From contig JAQWOA010000027.1 of NCBI GenBank assembly GCA_029246105.1, forward strand, positions 3,056 through 67,055: a stretch of DNA of 64,000 bases, given 5' to 3'. The position numbers and the translations under genes were made by a program. This DNA comes from Woeseiaceae bacterium (GTDB lineage Bacteria; Pseudomonadota; Gammaproteobacteria; Steroidobacterales; Woeseiaceae). Shown piece by piece: positions 17,561-28,350 of this stretch. Position 1 is the stretch's first letter. Each line of letters opens with the position of its first letter. The notes under the pieces are model-generated. The model made no database searches. It had not been told where the DNA came from and saw only the letters and a program-made list of their open reading frames with translations.

Positions 17561-19399
17561 TTAAAGGTCATACAACATCGGTAATACGATTGAGAAACCG
17601 ATCCACATGATAATTGTGAGCGGTATGCCAACGCGCAGAAAATCTGTAAATTTGTAGCCGCCAGCGCTCATCACTAGCAAATTCGTCTGATAACCGTATG
17701 GTGTAGCGAAACTCATGTTGGCGCCAAATAATACAGCAAGAATGAATGGCTCAGTACTGACGCCCAATTGCTGTGCAATGCTAATAGCAATAGGTGTACC
17801 AATCGCTGCGGCAGCAGTGTTAGAAACAAGGTTTGTCATAATCGTCATTAGCAGCATGAAAGCACTTAATATCATCGGTGCTGGTAACGCAGATGCAGTA
17901 TTAACAAAACTGTTGGCCAAATAAGCTGCCATTCCTGTGTCCATCAACGCTTTACCCAGAGCAAGCGATGTCACAATGATCATAATGACCGGTATTGATA
18001 AAGCCCCGACGGCATCTCGCCAACCCAAACAACCAGTGACGATCATCAAGCCCAGTCCGACTAGTGCACTGACTGCAATCGGCATGATGCCAAGTGCAGC
18101 AAAAGCAATAACGCCACCCATAATAAATAGCGATCGTTTAGCATGGTGTCTCTGCGGCAAATTCGTCGTTCCATCCAAAACCAGCATCGTTCCGCTGTCT
18201 TTCAGATTGGCGATTGCTTCACCTGATCCCTGAACAAGTAGAACATCGCCTGCTCGCAAACGAATCAAGTTTAGATCGCCAGTAGCTTGAGAACCTGCCG
18301 CACGTGCCCGATGTAACGCCAACGGCAGCAGTCCATAGCTGTTACTGAATTCAGCGGCCGCGAGACTGCGCAAATGGAGTGGAGAACCACGAGTAACAAC
18401 AACCTCAGCAAGTTGCTGTCCCTCAGCTTTAAGCGGCGTTTCTTCGTCGATCGGATGCTCAATATCAGAAATATTAAAAAGAGTCGCACCAAGGAGTTGC
18501 TCATAGTGCTTTAAGTTCTCGGGAGAGTCTTTGATAAACAATCGATCGCCAGGCAGGATAACTATCGATGGTAGTTTTGCGAGAAATAATGATTCACTTC
18601 GCTGAATTTTGTCTATTCGAAGACTACCATTGGCTTTTGCAAGGACCTCAGACAAAGACTTGCCGTCTGCAAAACCACCTTCCTTTACATGTAACTGCGC
18701 ACTGAAAATACGTGGAGACGTGTCAGCCATGGGTGGCGTACGATCAGGCAGTAGTCGCGGTGCAACTAGCCATAGGAACAGCAACCCAACGCCACCCACA
18801 ATAGCGACAGGTAATACCCACTCGAACATACTAAATTCATACATGCCCATGTCTCGAGAAATTCCTACGACCAGCAGGTTCGTAGAGGTACCAATGGTAG
18901 TGGACATGCCACCGACAATGGTGGCAAGCCCCATCGGAAGCATAACGCCAGAAACTGGGAACTTCGCACCCAGCGAGGCGCCAACAAGAATCGGCATAAG
19001 AAGGATAACGATGGGCGTATTATTCATAAATGCGCTGAGCACCGCTCCTGCGATCAGCGTTAATGCGAGTGCCGCTACAGGCCGTGAAGCCCACGCTTTA
19101 CTGACCACCCTAGCTAAAGACTGTAACGAGCCAGTTGTTTCCAGCGCTTTTCCAATCATCATCAATGCGCAAATTGCGATTAACGCTTCGTTACCAAAGC
19201 CAGCAAAGAAATGAACAGGACTCAACACTACCTCTCCGCCCTTCATATAGGGCACAAGCTGAAATCCTGCTATCAGTAATATTAAGATTACGAGTGATGA
19301 CGACTCGAGTGGAATATTATCTCGAGTAAACAGTATCAGCGCGACGATCGTCAAGATCAGTACGGCGATTCCGTGGGCGTCAGGTGTCATGCTTTGCAA
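17561..19399 (-). CDS. SLC13/DASS-type anion permease with two central TrkA-C (RCK_C) domains
   Basis: Multi-span hydrophobic halves flank a soluble ~200-aa insert that holds two RCK_C-like repeats (GKSLSEV..., LRSLAAAEF...). The TTG start at 19399 has GAGG 7 nt upstream. ATG at 19390 is the alternative. Confidence 0.7.
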   Translation of the reverse strand: MQSMTPDAHGIAVLILTIVALILFTRDNIPLESSSLVILILLIAGFQLVPYMKGGEVVLSPVHFFAGFGNEALIAICALMMIGKALETTGSLQSLARVVSKAWASRPVAALALTLIAGAVLSAFMNNTPIVILLMPILVGASLGAKFPVSGVMLPMGLATIVGGMSTTIGTSTNLLVVGISRDMGMYEFSMFEWVLPVAIVGGVGLLFLWLVAPRLLPDRTPPMADTSPRIFSAQLHVKEGGFADGKSLSEVLAKANGSLRIDKIQRSESLFLAKLPSIVILPGDRLFIKDSPENLKHYEQLLGATLFNISDIEHPIDEETPLKAEGQQLAEVVVTRGSPLHLRSLAAAEFSNSYGLLPLALHRARAAGSQATGDLNLIRLRAGDVLLVQGSGEAIANLKDSGTMLVLDGTTNLPQRHHAKRSLFIMGGVIAFAALGIMPIAVSALVGLGLMIVTGCLGWRDAVGALSIPVIMIIVTSLALGKALMDTGMAAYLANSFVNTASALPAPMILSAFMLLMTIMTNLVSNTAAAAIGTPIAISIAQQLGVSTEPFILAVLFGANMSFATPYGYQTNLLVMSAGGYKFTDFLRVGIPLTIIMWIGFSIVLPMLYDL

Positions 19400-19647
19400 T
19401 GGATAGCCTCACTAGGCTTCACCCATACGGGCGACGACAGTGAACCGTATCCTAGTTCATGCCTGCTTAGCAACGATTCAGACATCATTATCGCGATACA
19501 TGATTACATATAAGTGGTTATAGAAACCCCTTAACTCACTAATGCGTTCAATTATCAATCAAACTGCATACTGCGGGTCTGGCTAAAGCAGTGAAGCGAG
19601 TGTACCTTTCAGCCTAACTGCTGGTGCAATATAAAATAGGATTGAAC

Positions 19648-20130
19648 ATGCCTTCATTTGATGTTGTTAGTGACTTCGATTCTCAAGAAGTAAATAACGC
19701 CATTGATCAATCAAACCGCGAAGTCAACACGCGCTTTGACTTCAAGGGGACGGAATCGCGGTTTGAAATTGAGGAGGCAGTAATCACCATGATTTCGCAG
19801 TCTGATTTTCAACTCAAGCAAATGCACGACATTCTGTGCCAGAAACTATCCAAGCGTGGTATAAATCTTGGATGTCTAGAAAAACAGAATGTAGAGCTGA
19901 GTAATAAAAGAGCACGACAGAAAATTATCTTACGACATGGTATTGATACTGACCGAGCCAAAAAGCTTGTAAAAAAGATAAAGACAGAAAAGCTAAAAGT
20001 TCAGACAGCAATTCAAGGTGATAAATTACGAGTTAGCGGTAAAAAACGTGACGATCTACAAAAAGTGATTGCAATACTGAAAGACTTTGACAGCGACTTA
20101 CCACTACAATACGAAAATTTCCGCGACTGA
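19648..20130 (+). CDS. yajQ: YajQ family nucleotide/cyclic-di-GMP-binding protein (UPF0234)
   Basis: MPSFDVVSDFDSQEVNNAIDQSNREVNTRFDFKGT is the typical YajQ N-terminus. I chose the ATG at 19648, which has AGGA upstream. Confidence 0.85.
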   Translation: MPSFDVVSDFDSQEVNNAIDQSNREVNTRFDFKGTESRFEIEEAVITMISQSDFQLKQMHDILCQKLSKRGINLGCLEKQNVELSNKRARQKIILRHGIDTDRAKKLVKKIKTEKLKVQTAIQGDKLRVSGKKRDDLQKVIAILKDFDSDLPLQYENFRD

Positions 20131-20149
20131 CACGAAATCGAATACTAAG

Positions 20150-22894
20150 ATGAATAACAAGATTCAAAAACCACTTCGTCGTCAAGACATTAAGTTTGAA
20201 GACAAGGACCAGGCATTACGTGACGATGTACGTACATTAGGTGCTATGGTCGGCGATCTTATTCGTGAGCAGTGTGGAGAAGAATTATATGAGTTTGTAG
20301 AAAATTCCCGATTACGTGCAATTCGACGTAGAGAAGGCAACGAAAAATCAAGCGAAACACTAGCTGATTTTGTTGGTGGGATGGATTCAAAAGAAGCGCT
20401 TCAAATCATTCGCAGCTTTTCCACCTATTTTCAAATGGTCAATACCGCTGAGAAAGTGCACCGTATTCGACGACGTCGAGAATATTTGAGGGATGATGGT
20501 CACTTCCAACCCAATGGTCTTGAAGATACATTTATTAAATTAAAAGCCTCGGGCCTGACTATCAATGATCTGAAGGATTTGCTCAACTCGTTATCGATCG
20601 AACCGATATTCACGGCTCATCCTACCGAACCAACACGTCGAACGATCCTTCGTAAAGAACAAAATATCGTCAAGCACTTGGTTGCATTGCTGAATCCAAC
20701 ACTAACACCTCATGAAATAAATTCTGCACTTCAGAATATTCGTCTGTTAGCAACTACCGGCTGGCAAACCGACGAGCATCCATCCGAACAAATGACTGTT
20801 GCAGATGAACTCGAACATGTTTTATTTTTTGTCACGGACGTCCTGTACCATGCCATCCCGCCGTTTTATGAAAACATAAACGTTGCCATCAAGCGCATTT
20901 ATGGTGAGCAAGGTGATGCTATCGAAGTGCCTGATGTTCTTCATTTTGGCTCTTGGGTCGGTGGTGACATGGACGGTAATCCAAATGTAAACGCAAAAAC
21001 CATCCGAGCAACCCTCGCACGTCAACGCTCGTTAATACTCGACCTATATTACAACGAATGCGCTGCTATTGGTGTAAAACTCAGCCAGTCAAACAGGCGT
21101 GCCAGCTTCGAACAAGAAATGCTTGATAAAATTGACGAGTATCGCGGTATATTTCCGAATGCATATCATGCTGTACCCGCGCGCCACCGAGATATGCCCT
21201 ATCGCATATTCTTACGCCTAATTCAGCAACGTCTGCAGAACACATACGATGACGAAGTCTTTCCGTATGAAAAAGTCGACCAACTAATAGATGATATACA
21301 GCTGATTTCTGACAGCCTAACTAAGAATAAAGGCCAGCAAGCAGGGCTTTTCGCTGTTCAACGTTTATTGCGACGAATCCATACTTTTGGATTCCATATG
21401 GTCACACTCGACATCCGACAGGATTCAGAAGTGCATCGGAATGTCATTGGCGAGATTCTTGGAGAAGAAGACTGGGATGAAATGTCGGCATCTGATCGCG
21501 CAATCAGAATATCTGAAGCTATCGAGGCACGCGAAAGCGTACCAATGAATTTAAGTACGCAAGCGCGTAAGACAATAGCCGTATTTCAAGCAATCGCATT
21601 TTGTCGCCGAAAGTATGGTTCAAAAGCGATTGGGCCGTTTATTGTCAGTATGACGCAGGGCGCTGATGATATCCTCTCGGTTATTCTTTTAGCACAATGG
21701 GCCGAACTCCATAACAAACGTGGTGATGTACCGCTTGATATAGCCCCGCTCCTCGAAACTGTTGACGATTTACAGAATGGTCCCGATATTCTTGAGTCTT
21801 TATTGTCCTCAGACGTATATCAAAAGCACCTTAAACGTCGAAACCATCGTCAGATGATTATGATCGGATATTCCGATAGTAACAAAGATGGTGGACTCGC
21901 CTCCGCCCGCTGGGCGCTACAAAATGCGCAGAAAATCATTGTCGATATCGCAGAAGCACAAGGCATTGAGTTGACATTATTTCATGGACGCGGTGGCACC
22001 GTCAGTCGCGGTGGCAGCAAAACTCATGTCGCAGTTCTGGGTGCACCGCCAGGAACTATGAATGGTCGATTACGAGTCACCGAACAAGGCGAAATTATCA
22101 ACGAAAAATATGGCTTGCGTGGCATTGCTTTACGCACGCTTGAGCAAACAACCGGATCAGTTGCTCTAGCGACCTCTATATCCAAAAACCCAACCAATGA
22201 TCGTCATGAATGGCACCAAATGATGGATGTCATCGCTGAAGAAAGTCGTCGCGCATATCGAAAGCTAATCTATGAAACACCTAATTTTTATGATTACTTT
22301 CGAAAAGCGACACCAATTGATCTCATCGAGCGCATGCGAATTGGTTCGCGGCCGGCATCTCGCCGACACCAATCAGGTATTGGTGATCTCCGTGCCATTC
22401 CATGGGTCTTTTCATGGACACAAGCTCGTTTTGTTTTACCCGGTTGGTATGGTGTTGGTAGCGGCCTACAAAAAGCCATTGATCAATTTGGTGAAGATGC
22501 GTTTAGCGAAATGTTTAAAGAATGGTACTTTCACAAATCACTTGCTGACGATACTGAGATGGTTTTGGCCATATCCGACCTTGGTATCGCTGAGCTTTAT
22601 TCAAGGCTCTCAGGCGACGACTTACACAATGAATTCTTCCCTACTATCAAAGCCGAATACGAGCTAACACAGGATCTGATACTAAAATATTCGAATCACA
22701 ATACGCTCTTAGGAGGAGACCCTACTTTGCAACGCGCAATAATGCTTCGAAACCCTTACGTCGACCCCATGAGCTTAATACAGGTCGACCTCCTAGCGCG
22801 CTGGCGCGAATCTAAATATGAAGATGAAAGTATCTTCAATGCACTTCTAGCAAGTGTCAACGGAATAGCGCAAGCACTTCAAAATACTGGTTAA
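20150..22894 (+). CDS. ppc: phosphoenolpyruvate carboxylase
   Basis: FTAHPTEPTRRT, GYSDSNKDGG and FHGRGGTVSRGG motifs are present. The C-terminus ends in QNTG. I chose the start at MNNKIQKP (20150). Confidence 0.95.
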   Translation: MNNKIQKPLRRQDIKFEDKDQALRDDVRTLGAMVGDLIREQCGEELYEFVENSRLRAIRRREGNEKSSETLADFVGGMDSKEALQIIRSFSTYFQMVNTAEKVHRIRRRREYLRDDGHFQPNGLEDTFIKLKASGLTINDLKDLLNSLSIEPIFTAHPTEPTRRTILRKEQNIVKHLVALLNPTLTPHEINSALQNIRLLATTGWQTDEHPSEQMTVADELEHVLFFVTDVLYHAIPPFYENINVAIKRIYGEQGDAIEVPDVLHFGSWVGGDMDGNPNVNAKTIRATLARQRSLILDLYYNECAAIGVKLSQSNRRASFEQEMLDKIDEYRGIFPNAYHAVPARHRDMPYRIFLRLIQQRLQNTYDDEVFPYEKVDQLIDDIQLISDSLTKNKGQQAGLFAVQRLLRRIHTFGFHMVTLDIRQDSEVHRNVIGEILGEEDWDEMSASDRAIRISEAIEARESVPMNLSTQARKTIAVFQAIAFCRRKYGSKAIGPFIVSMTQGADDILSVILLAQWAELHNKRGDVPLDIAPLLETVDDLQNGPDILESLLSSDVYQKHLKRRNHRQMIMIGYSDSNKDGGLASARWALQNAQKIIVDIAEAQGIELTLFHGRGGTVSRGGSKTHVAVLGAPPGTMNGRLRVTEQGEIINEKYGLRGIALRTLEQTTGSVALATSISKNPTNDRHEWHQMMDVIAEESRRAYRKLIYETPNFYDYFRKATPIDLIERMRIGSRPASRRHQSGIGDLRAIPWVFSWTQARFVLPGWYGVGSGLQKAIDQFGEDAFSEMFKEWYFHKSLADDTEMVLAISDLGIAELYSRLSGDDLHNEFFPTIKAEYELTQDLILKYSNHNTLLGGDPTLQRAIMLRNPYVDPMSLIQVDLLARWRESKYEDESIFNALLASVNGIAQALQNTG

Positions 22895-22980
22895 AAAAAT
22901 ATACCCACTAGCCCAATATTTATCCTATCTAAGTGAATTTATAGAAAAACATCTACTAATTAGTTGGGCAAACTTTTATA

Positions 22981-23409
22981 TCAGTTCCTTTTTTGTAAGA
23001 CACTCCATTCATCAGTATCTTTTTCGGAAACCGCTCTACCCAATACTGAGATACCAGCCTCATGAACACTGTCTGCTCGACCTGAAACTAGGGGATGCCA
23101 CGACGCTAAATCATCGCCATCGGCAATAATTCGATATGCACAGGTCTTCGGCAACCACTGAAATGCTTCCGGTTCATCCAATGTTAAATTCAAGCACTCA
23201 GCAACATGTTTCGTACGTTCTGCGTAGTTCGAACAACGACACGTTTCTAAATCAAGTAATCGACATGCGACATCTGAATAGAATACTTCTCCAGTATCCT
23301 CATCTTCGATTTTATGCATGCAGCATAAGGCACAACCATCACATAATGATTCCCACTCAGCATCTGACATAGTAGATAGTGATTTGCGTTTCCAGAACGG
23401 TTCGTTCAT
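22981..23409 (-). CDS. ycgN: YcgN family cysteine-cluster protein (UPF0260)
   Basis: [42 protein letters not shown] matches the YcgN family pattern. Confidence 0.8.
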   Translation of the reverse strand: MNEPFWKRKSLSTMSDAEWESLCDGCALCCMHKIEDEDTGEVFYSDVACRLLDLETCRCSNYAERTKHVAECLNLTLDEPEAFQWLPKTCAYRIIADGDDLASWHPLVSGRADSVHEAGISVLGRAVSEKDTDEWSVLQKRN

Positions 23410-23447
23410 CGTCTATTGCTCTATTCAACTTTAAAGTGAATTACCAT

Positions 23448-24428
23448 ATGAAAGCCGTATTTCTTGACTTCCAAACCATGGGGCCTGAGCTTGATATTAG
23501 CGCTCTTAGGACCCTTCTCCCGGAACTAGAAGTATTCGATCTTACGCCAGAAGCACAGGTAGCTGAGCGAATCAAAGATGTACAAGTCGTACTCACCAAC
23601 AAGATAGATCTAAACGAGGAATTACTAAGCAACTGTAATTCTTTACGTGTTATCGGACTCACAGCGACCGGCACTGATAACGTTGATCTCAATGCAGCCA
23701 AACGATATGGTATTACAGTTTGTAATATCCGTGCTTATTGCACGCAATCCATCGCCGAACACGTATTCGCCTGCCTTCTGAGTCTCACTCGTAATCTGCA
23801 ACAGTATAACGCAGCGGTACGTGCTGGAAAGTGGCAAGAATCCGAAAACTTTTGCTTAATGTCTTACCCAATTCGGGAATTATCTGAAATGACACTTGGC
23901 ATTATCGGTTATGGCGAACTCGGCAAAGGAGTTGCAAAACTTGCTCAATCGTTTGGAATGGAAGTAATTGTATCTGCCAGACCAGGAACACAATCAACAA
24001 ATGGTAATCGAGTCGCTTTTAAAGATTTATTGCGATGCGCTGATGTCATTTCCCTTCACTGTCCATTGACTGAAAATACCAAAGGAATGTTTTCTGAAAA
24101 TGAATTTAAGAAAATGAAATCAGATGCAATTCTTATCAATACCGCACGTGGTAGTTTAATTGACCCAGATGCGCTAGTCGCAGCATTACAATCAGGAGAA
24201 ATTGCAGCAGCGGCCATTGACGTACTATCAAAAGAGCCCCCGGTAGATGGAAACCCACTACTAGATTACAAAGGACAAAACTTAATTATCACCCCACATA
24301 TCGGGTGGGGAAGCAGGCAGGCAAGACAAGCTGCTATTGATGAGCTTACAGCAAATATAGCTGCTTTTATTAGAGGTGAAGAACGTAACCAGGTCGTCTC
24401 TTTCAAGGGCTGTTCAAGTAGCTCTTAG
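23448..24428 (+). CDS. D-isomer-specific 2-hydroxyacid dehydrogenase (glycerate dehydrogenase-like)
   Basis: GIIGYGELGKGVA is the NAD-binding motif. NTARGSLID and ITPHIGWGS carry the catalytic Arg and His. I chose the start at MKAVFLDF. Confidence 0.8.
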   Translation: MKAVFLDFQTMGPELDISALRTLLPELEVFDLTPEAQVAERIKDVQVVLTNKIDLNEELLSNCNSLRVIGLTATGTDNVDLNAAKRYGITVCNIRAYCTQSIAEHVFACLLSLTRNLQQYNAAVRAGKWQESENFCLMSYPIRELSEMTLGIIGYGELGKGVAKLAQSFGMEVIVSARPGTQSTNGNRVAFKDLLRCADVISLHCPLTENTKGMFSENEFKKMKSDAILINTARGSLIDPDALVAALQSGEIAAAAIDVLSKEPPVDGNPLLDYKGQNLIITPHIGWGSRQARQAAIDELTANIAAFIRGEERNQVVSFKGCSSSS

Positions 24429-24504
24429 CAAGATTATTCGCCAATCAATATCTGTTTAATAACAACGACTGCGGCGGCAGCGCCATAGTACAACTCATAT
24501 TTCA

Positions 24505-27003
24505 TTAGACATTTGCCCTTCTTAAGACGTCCACTGGACTGGCGTTAACAGCACCACGCGCTGCAAAATAGCCACTTAGACACACAACGATAATGCCAGC
24601 AGATACACCTGCTAGCCAAATTGCTGGACTGAATTTATATGGCAATTCAAATAGCTGTGTAGCAACCAGATATGCAAGTACTGAAGCACCTGCAGAGGCA
24701 AGAATGCCGGCTGCCGTACCCAGGATAGCGAATTCAGTCATGACACCGGCGAACACTGTGGAGCGCTTAGCACCAAGCGCTCGCAGCATTGCACTCTCAA
24801 AATGGCGCTCATCTATGGTCGACTGAACAGCCGCAAACAATACGACGATACCGGCTGCCAAGGTAAATAAAAATACCACTTGTATTGCCAAACTCGCCTT
24901 TTCGATAATGCCACGAACCTGCTCGAGGATAGAACCAAGGTCGATGACCGAAATACTTGGGTGCGATCGAACTAAATCGATAAGCATGGGTTTTTTATCA
25001 TCCATGATTCGCATACTTGAGATATATGTCGTCGGCATTCCATCTAAAGCTCCGGGGGATAACACAATAAAGAAGTTTGGTTGGAATGAATCCCAATTTA
25101 TCGCTCGAGTGCTACTAATCTCAGCTTCAATCTCCTTGCCAGCGACGAAAAAATTTAATCGGTCACCGATTGAAAGTCCCGCATCCTTGGCAGCATCGAC
25201 TTCAATTGATACCAGTGGTAGTCCAGCATAGTCAGCTGGCCACCATTCACCTTCAATTATCTCATTGCTGGCGTCAAGCTCCGACATCCATGAAAGGTTA
25301 GCCTCTCGATTAGCAAGCCATTCACCTCTTTCACTAGGATATTCTCGATCTTTTACTAGCTCATCATTTATCGTTATCATCCGTGCACGGACCATCGGCG
25401 TAAATGTGGGTATAACAACGTCATTCTCTTCAAATATTGCGGCTAAAGCCCCAATTTCATGCGGCTGTATATTAATCAAAAAATGATTAGGGGCGTCATC
25501 ATCTAAAGCTTGGCTCCAATCCGCCAACAAATTAGTCCGAACAAGCGTCAAGAGAAGTAAGACCGTTATACCAAGACCAAACGCAACGATTTGTATCGCG
25601 CTATCGCGTCCCCGTCTCGCAACATTCGCAAGACCATAGCGCCACGCAGCGCCAACACCTGAATAAGCTCGACCAATTACTATAACCATCCCTCTTCCAA
25701 CGAGATAAAGCAGAGTAGCGATTACTATTATTCCACCAATCACGATGGTCAACATGCGAAGGTCATCAAAGCTGCGATACAAAAGTGCAGCCACGGTTGC
25801 AAGAGCAAGTCCCACAACAAAAATTCTGGAAAGAGCGGGTGGCACGACATCATGACGAAGAACTCGCAAAGGCGGTGTGTTACGAAGCTGAATAAGCGAC
25901 GGCAATGCAAATCCGAGTATGAGCGCCATGGCGCTCATACTCGCAAGGATTACTGGCCGTATCCCAGTTTCAGGTAGCTCAACCTGCTGCATGAGATCAA
26001 GTAAGATTCGCGAAAGCATCTCCTCTGCAACAAAGCCCAACATGCTACCAATAAGAATACCCAGCACGCTGAGTAGAACCAATTGTATGAGTGCAACCGA
26101 TATAACAAAATATTGTGTAGCCCCGAGGCTCTTCATCAGCGCGACAGAATCCATTCGCTTATGAGCAAAACGCCGAGCCGACATAGCCACCGCGATAGCG
26201 CTCAATAATAAACTAATGACGGCTGTTAGCGACAAAAAGCGCTGCGCTTTGTCAGCTGCATTATAGGCTCGCTCACTGCTTTCTTCCTGACTTCGAACAC
26301 GAACAGATTCAGGCAACCTACTCTGAATGGCTTCATTAAAATTAGAAACTTGTCGAGCGTCTCCTGCAATGAGTAGGGCATATGTCACTCGACTTCCTTC
26401 ACCGATCAATCCACTACTAGAAATGTCGGCTATATTAAGCAAGACGGACGGTGCTAGAGATGCGAAACCAATCGACTGATCTGGACGGTAAGTCAGTACA
26501 GCTGAAACCCGTAGATCTAATTCACCAATGGTCAGCGTGTCGCCAACTTCAGCACCGACTCGTGCAAGTAAAGCCCCATCAGCCCAAACTTCTCCTCTAA
26601 TAGGAATTCCCTCAGCAGCTCGCTGCTCACTAAACAGCGCATTAGATACTCGTAACGTACCGCGCAAGGGGTAAAGATCACTGACGGCCTTGATTGTAGC
26701 AAGCACACTCTCATCACCATTAAATACAACTGATGGAAACCATATTGTTTCAGCTGTCTCAAGGTCGTAATCATGGGCAAGTTCACTCCATTCCTCTGGT
26801 ACCGGTTCTTGTGATCGAAGTCTAAGATCAGCGGCTAGAACTTCATTGGCCTGACGGGCGACTGCCTTGCCGATGCGGTCAGTCAGAAAACCTACGGTAG
26901 TCATAGCGCCAACAGCGAGTCCGACAGCCACGAGAAGAACTAGAACTTCGCCCGATCGCAGCTCCCGACTGAAGCTGCGCAATGCAAACACTAGCGCTTT
27001 CAA
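24505..27003 (-). CDS. ybbP: FtsX-like ABC transporter permease, YbbP family (two FtsX domains)
   Basis: The 832-aa protein has about 10 transmembrane segments and duplicated FtsX-type modules. It overlaps the upstream ATPase gene by 4 nt. The gene order matches E. coli ybbA-ybbP. Confidence 0.8.
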   Translation of the reverse strand: MKALVFALRSFSRELRSGEVLVLLVAVGLAVGAMTTVGFLTDRIGKAVARQANEVLAADLRLRSQEPVPEEWSELAHDYDLETAETIWFPSVVFNGDESVLATIKAVSDLYPLRGTLRVSNALFSEQRAAEGIPIRGEVWADGALLARVGAEVGDTLTIGELDLRVSAVLTYRPDQSIGFASLAPSVLLNIADISSSGLIGEGSRVTYALLIAGDARQVSNFNEAIQSRLPESVRVRSQEESSERAYNAADKAQRFLSLTAVISLLLSAIAVAMSARRFAHKRMDSVALMKSLGATQYFVISVALIQLVLLSVLGILIGSMLGFVAEEMLSRILLDLMQQVELPETGIRPVILASMSAMALILGFALPSLIQLRNTPPLRVLRHDVVPPALSRIFVVGLALATVAALLYRSFDDLRMLTIVIGGIIVIATLLYLVGRGMVIVIGRAYSGVGAAWRYGLANVARRGRDSAIQIVAFGLGITVLLLLTLVRTNLLADWSQALDDDAPNHFLINIQPHEIGALAAIFEENDVVIPTFTPMVRARMITINDELVKDREYPSERGEWLANREANLSWMSELDASNEIIEGEWWPADYAGLPLVSIEVDAAKDAGLSIGDRLNFFVAGKEIEAEISSTRAINWDSFQPNFFIVLSPGALDGMPTTYISSMRIMDDKKPMLIDLVRSHPSISVIDLGSILEQVRGIIEKASLAIQVVFLFTLAAGIVVLFAAVQSTIDERHFESAMLRALGAKRSTVFAGVMTEFAILGTAAGILASAGASVLAYLVATQLFELPYKFSPAIWLAGVSAGIIVVCLSGYFAARGAVNASPVDVLRRANV

Positions 27004-27707
27004 CCGGCTACCCTTTGGTCATTAACGAGCTTACCTACATCCAGCGTTATAATTCTGTCACAGCGCTCGGCAAGTCTTTTATCATGGGTCACCAACACCA
27101 GTGTTGTGGATGAGTTCTGGTTAAGCTCAAACATTAATTCCATGATGTTAGAACCGGTAAGGCTATCGAGATTACCAGTCGGCTCATCAGCAAATAGAAC
27201 TGCTGGTTCAGTGGCAAAAGCACGCGCGATAGCAACTCGTTGCTTTTCACCGCCTGATAACTGTGCTGGATAGTGACTCCAGCGTTGATTCAAATCAACT
27301 TTTCGGATAATTTCCCGCGCTAATTTTCGCGCATCACTATGGCCAGCCAACTCAAGTGGCAGCATCACGTTTTCAAGTGCATTTAAAGATGGCACAAGAT
27401 GAAAGGATTGGAAGACAAATCCTACACTTTTAGCTCGCAATTGAGCCCTACCATCTTCATCTAAATCAGAAAGATTTGTGGCATTCAAAACAACGTGTCC
27501 AGTTGTCGGTAAATCCAATCCAGCCAGCAAAGCCAACAATGTAGACTTTCCAGAACCAGAGGGCCCTACTACTGCGACAGATTCACCTTGACAAATTTCG
27601 AAACTCACCTCTGAAAGAATGGTCAGAACCCCTTCAGGACTGCTAACCTGCTTACCTAACTCATGAGCTTCGAGAATATTAACTCTGTTTAATAATTTAT
27701 CAGACAT
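27000..27707 (-). CDS. ybbA: ABC transporter ATP-binding protein YbbA
   Basis: Walker A is GPSGSGKST, the signature is LSGGEKQR and Walker B is LFADEPT. I chose the start at MSDKLLNR by comparing N-terminal length with E. coli YbbA. The ORF extends on to 27782. Confidence 0.85.
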   Translation of the reverse strand: MSDKLLNRVNILEAHELGKQVSSPEGVLTILSEVSFEICQGESVAVVGPSGSGKSTLLALLAGLDLPTTGHVVLNATNLSDLDEDGRAQLRAKSVGFVFQSFHLVPSLNALENVMLPLELAGHSDARKLAREIIRKVDLNQRWSHYPAQLSGGEKQRVAIARAFATEPAVLFADEPTGNLDSLTGSNIMELMFELNQNSSTTLVLVTHDKRLAERCDRIITLDVGKLVNDQRVAG

Positions 27708-28317
27708 GCGAACAATTTTATTCCTAGTAATTTTATTAGTTCCCGTAACCATGGTGCGGGCTGAAGAGCCAACTATTGTCATTTTCGGTGACAGCCTAAG
27801 CGCAGGCTATGGCATTGAAGTTGACCAATCTTGGGGCAGCTTGTTGCAAGCCCGACTCAAAGAGCAAGGGTACGAATATAAGGTCGTGAACGCTAGTATC
27901 AGTGGTGAAACAACTCAAGGCGGCGTCACACGTATAGATTCGATAATGTCCGACTTTTCTCCTGATCTCGTTATTCTTGAACTTGGAGGCAACGATGGCC
28001 TACGTGGGTTTCCTCCTGCCAGAATCGAGAACAATCTCGAAAAAGTAATCGTTCAAGCAAAATCCGCAGGTGCTGCTGTCGTTTTACTCGGCATTCGCAT
28101 CCCAACCAATTACGGATCACGATACTCAGCTGCATTTGAGGCCGTCTTCCGTAACTTGTCTGAGCGCCTTAAAATACAATGGATCGAGTTCTTCATGGAA
28201 GGCATTGCTTTGAACGACGATCTTCTGCAGGAGGACCGTATTCACCCTAATGCTAGCGCACAACCAATACTGCTTGATAACGCTTGGCCTATCATTAGCG
28301 CTACACTTCAAAAGTAG
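27706..28317 (+). CDS. tesA: SGNH arylesterase / acyl-CoA thioesterase I / lysophospholipase L1
   Basis: A signal peptide is followed by the GDSLSAGYG, GGNDG and DRIHPN blocks. It is divergent from ybbA, as in E. coli. Confidence 0.9.
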   Translation: MRTILFLVILLVPVTMVRAEEPTIVIFGDSLSAGYGIEVDQSWGSLLQARLKEQGYEYKVVNASISGETTQGGVTRIDSIMSDFSPDLVILELGGNDGLRGFPPARIENNLEKVIVQAKSAGAAVVLLGIRIPTNYGSRYSAAFEAVFRNLSERLKIQWIEFFMEGIALNDDLLQEDRIHPNASAQPILLDNAWPIISATLQK

Positions 28318-28350
28318 CGGCAATATAGAGAGAAAGATAAGGAGGTCGTT

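Noticed and set aside
18609-19214. Long ORFs antisense to, or out of frame with, confidently identified genes. Examples are 18609-19214(+), 43285-43770(-), 46463-46879(-), 54653-55111(-), 59482-59937(-), 7026-7496(+), 13770-14126(+), 1011-1394(-) and 688-1056(+).
   Set aside because: Each lies entirely inside a gene with strong family motifs on the other strand or frame. Their translations are low-complexity and rich in Ser, Arg and Pro, as shadow ORFs usually are. None has a convincing ribosome-binding site.
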